A stretch of DNA of 64,000 bases from Dromiciops gliroides. Its lineage: Eukaryota. Both the position numbers and the translations under genes were made by a program. The notes beneath the pieces are model-generated. The model had not been told where the DNA came from and did not search any database. It worked only from the letters and a program-made list of their open reading frames with translations. Where the stretch lies: positions 490,648,948 to 490,712,947 of the forward strand of contig NC_057863.1 of NCBI RefSeq assembly GCF_019393635.1, given 5' to 3'. Shown piece after piece: positions 62,200-64,000 of the stretch. The first letter of the stretch is position 1. The number at the start of each line of letters is the position of its first letter.

Positions 62200-64000
62200 A
62201 AGAAATCATAAGTGATAGCGGAAGAAGGTTGGACAGCATCTGGATAAAGACTTATGGAGCACTGCCATGTTGTGGTACAGGGGTTTACATAGCTCAATGA
62301 AACTATGAGCTATACCATGCAGTGTCACCCAAGACAGAAAGATCATAATGGAGAGTTCTGACAAAAGCTGATCCACTGGAAAAGGAAATGGCAAACCACT
62401 CCAGTATCTGCCAAGAAAACCTTATAGATAGTACTAAAATGATATGAAATGACATTGGAAGATGAGCTCTTTAGGTTGGAAGGTGTCCGATACACTACTT
62501 GGGAAGAGCAGAATACAACTACAAGTAGCTCCAGTACTAATGAAGTGGCTGGGTCAAAGCCAAAAGGAAGCTCAGCTTTGGATGTGTATAGCAATGAAAT
62601 GAAAGTCTGATGCTATAAAGATCAGTATTGCGTAAGAACCTGGAATGTAAGATCTATGAACTAAAGTGAGCTGGATAGGGTTAAACAGGAGACATAAAGA
62701 TTAAACATCTATATAATGGTTGTCAACAAAAGGTGACTCTACAGAGGGACATCACCAGATGGTCAATACAGAAATCAGATTGATTATATACTTTACAGCA
62801 AAAGGTGGAGAAGCTCTACATAGTTAAAACAAGAACTGAAGCTGACTTTAGCTCAGATCATGAGCTTTTTGTTGCAAAATTCAGACTTAACTAAGTAGGG
62901 AAAACCATTAGACCATATAGGTATATCCTAAATAACATCCCTTATGAATATGAAGTGGAGGTAATGAATAGACTTAAGGAATGAGAGATGGGAGATAGAG
63001 TGCCTAAAGAACTATGGACTGAGTACAATACTGTAAAGGAGGAAGCAACAAAAAACTTTCCCAAGAAAAAGAAGAGTAACAAAGCAAAACAGCTATCTGA
63101 TGAGGCTCTGCAAATAGCTGAGGAAAGACAGAAAGCAAAAGGTAAAGAATAACTGAATGCAGAATTCCAGAGAAAAGCCAGGAGAGATAAAGTTTTCTTA
63201 TATGAGCAAAGCAAAGGAAGAGAAAAGAACAACAGAATGGGAAAGACAGATCTCAAGAAAGTTAGAGATATCAAGGGAAAGTTTCATGCAAAAATAGACA
63301 TGATCAAAGACAAAAACGGTAGGGATTTAACAGAAGCAGAAGAGATGACAATAATACACAAAAGAGCTACATAAAAAAGATCTTAACATCACCAATAACC
63401 AGGAAAGTGTGGTTATTGATCTAGAGTCAGACTTCCTGGAGAATGAAGTCTGGTGGGGAGGACAGAGCCAATATTGGGGAGAGAAGCCATCAGGTTGCCT
63501 GAGCTCTCCTTCTGTTCTCTCAAAAAGAACACTATATCAAGTCTCTAAATGGATTCTGAAACTTACAGAAACTACAAAAAGACAGAGAGACACAATCTTC
63601 CAACCTGAGATAATTTAGAAGACTTCAGGAAGGGTTGGTCTCACTCAGCAAAAGTGGGGTGCAGTGTGGAGAGGGTTGGGGCAAGTGAGCAGGAAGCTCT
63701 AGGCCATAGCTGAGCAACTGAAGCCCCTTGATCCTGGCTCAGCAAGCTGGTGGCGCAGTAGGCCAGTGGTGAGATTCACCAGCACCAGCTGAGGGGGCAA
63801 GCTGCCAGCTAGAGGGCCACCCACAGGACAGGTGTGACCAGGCCTGGCCATCCCAGCGTGTCAGGACCAAGTGCAGGGAGCAAGCCCAGGATGGTGAGAA
63901 ATCCACAAAGCCATAGAGGCCTAAGAGTAGAAAGCCAGTGACATAGCCCTTATCCCTCAGCACAAGAAGCTTGAAACAGTGACCCTGGTGCCCCAGGAAC
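62200..64000 (+). mobile_element. RTE/BovB-type LINE (end of endonuclease region through start of RT); runs off the window edge, start uncertain (may begin near 61450)
   Basis: Frame-shifted translation reads ...LEKEMANHSSILPRKP..., ...ADFSSDHELFVAKFRLN.VGKTIRPYRYILNNIPYEYEVEV..., ...ELWTEYNTVKEEATKNFPKKKKSNKAKQLSDEALQIAEERQKAK..., ...NAEFQRKARRDK..., ...NNRMGKTDLKKVRDIKGKFHAKI... This is collinear with BovB/RTE ORF as I recall it. Confidence 0.7.

Noticed and set aside
62942-63274. 110-aa - strand ORF
   Set aside because: Antisense to the RTE/BovB LINE ORF. Low-complexity Leu/Ser/Phe translation of a purine-rich sense strand.

Overview
This is eukaryotic nuclear DNA from a mammal, almost certainly a marsupial; it is not a prokaryotic or viral locus. 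It contains no CRISPR arrays, operons or rRNA/tRNA genes.

The + strand carries the 3' two-thirds of CENPJ (CPAP/SAS-4). I can support 12 phase-consistent coding exons from 3018 to the TAG stop at 43024-43026, bounded by canonical AG/GT sites. They include the ~1.6 kb large exon, the coiled-coil exons, and the C-terminal G-box/TCP10 'YPDGT' repeat exons, followed by an AATAAA signal at 43178-43183. Several short ORFs in the supplied track are fragments of these exons read across splice sites.

Convergently on the - strand lie at least 6 phase-consistent exons (46816-61107) that assemble into a canonical extended Tudor domain ending in a stop codon. This fits the 3' end of RNF17, which I recall as the tail-to-tail neighbour of CENPJ in human 13q12, but that assignment rests on remembered synteny, not on a search.

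I estimate roughly half of the window is interspersed repeats:
- about 38 copies of a tRNA-derived, MIR-core SINE resembling marsupial Mar1, many with intact 10-17 bp target-site duplications;
- old MIR and L2 relics;
- L1 fragments, including one L1 with two nested insertions;
- two TSD-bounded copies of an ORF1-only, ORF2-less L1 derivative (HAL1-like);
- three solo LTRs of one ERV family, each with a 4-bp TSD, plus one truncated copy;
- an RTE/BovB-type LINE running off the 3' edge;
- microsatellites and one microsatellite-spaced palindrome.

I find no evidence of a novel biological system. Most of the supplied short ORFs, including the recurring 'LGLSDLPRVTQLVS..KCLRPDLNSGTPDSRA' peptide, are SINE- or LINE-derived artefacts. 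All repeat coordinates are approximate (about +/-10 bp).
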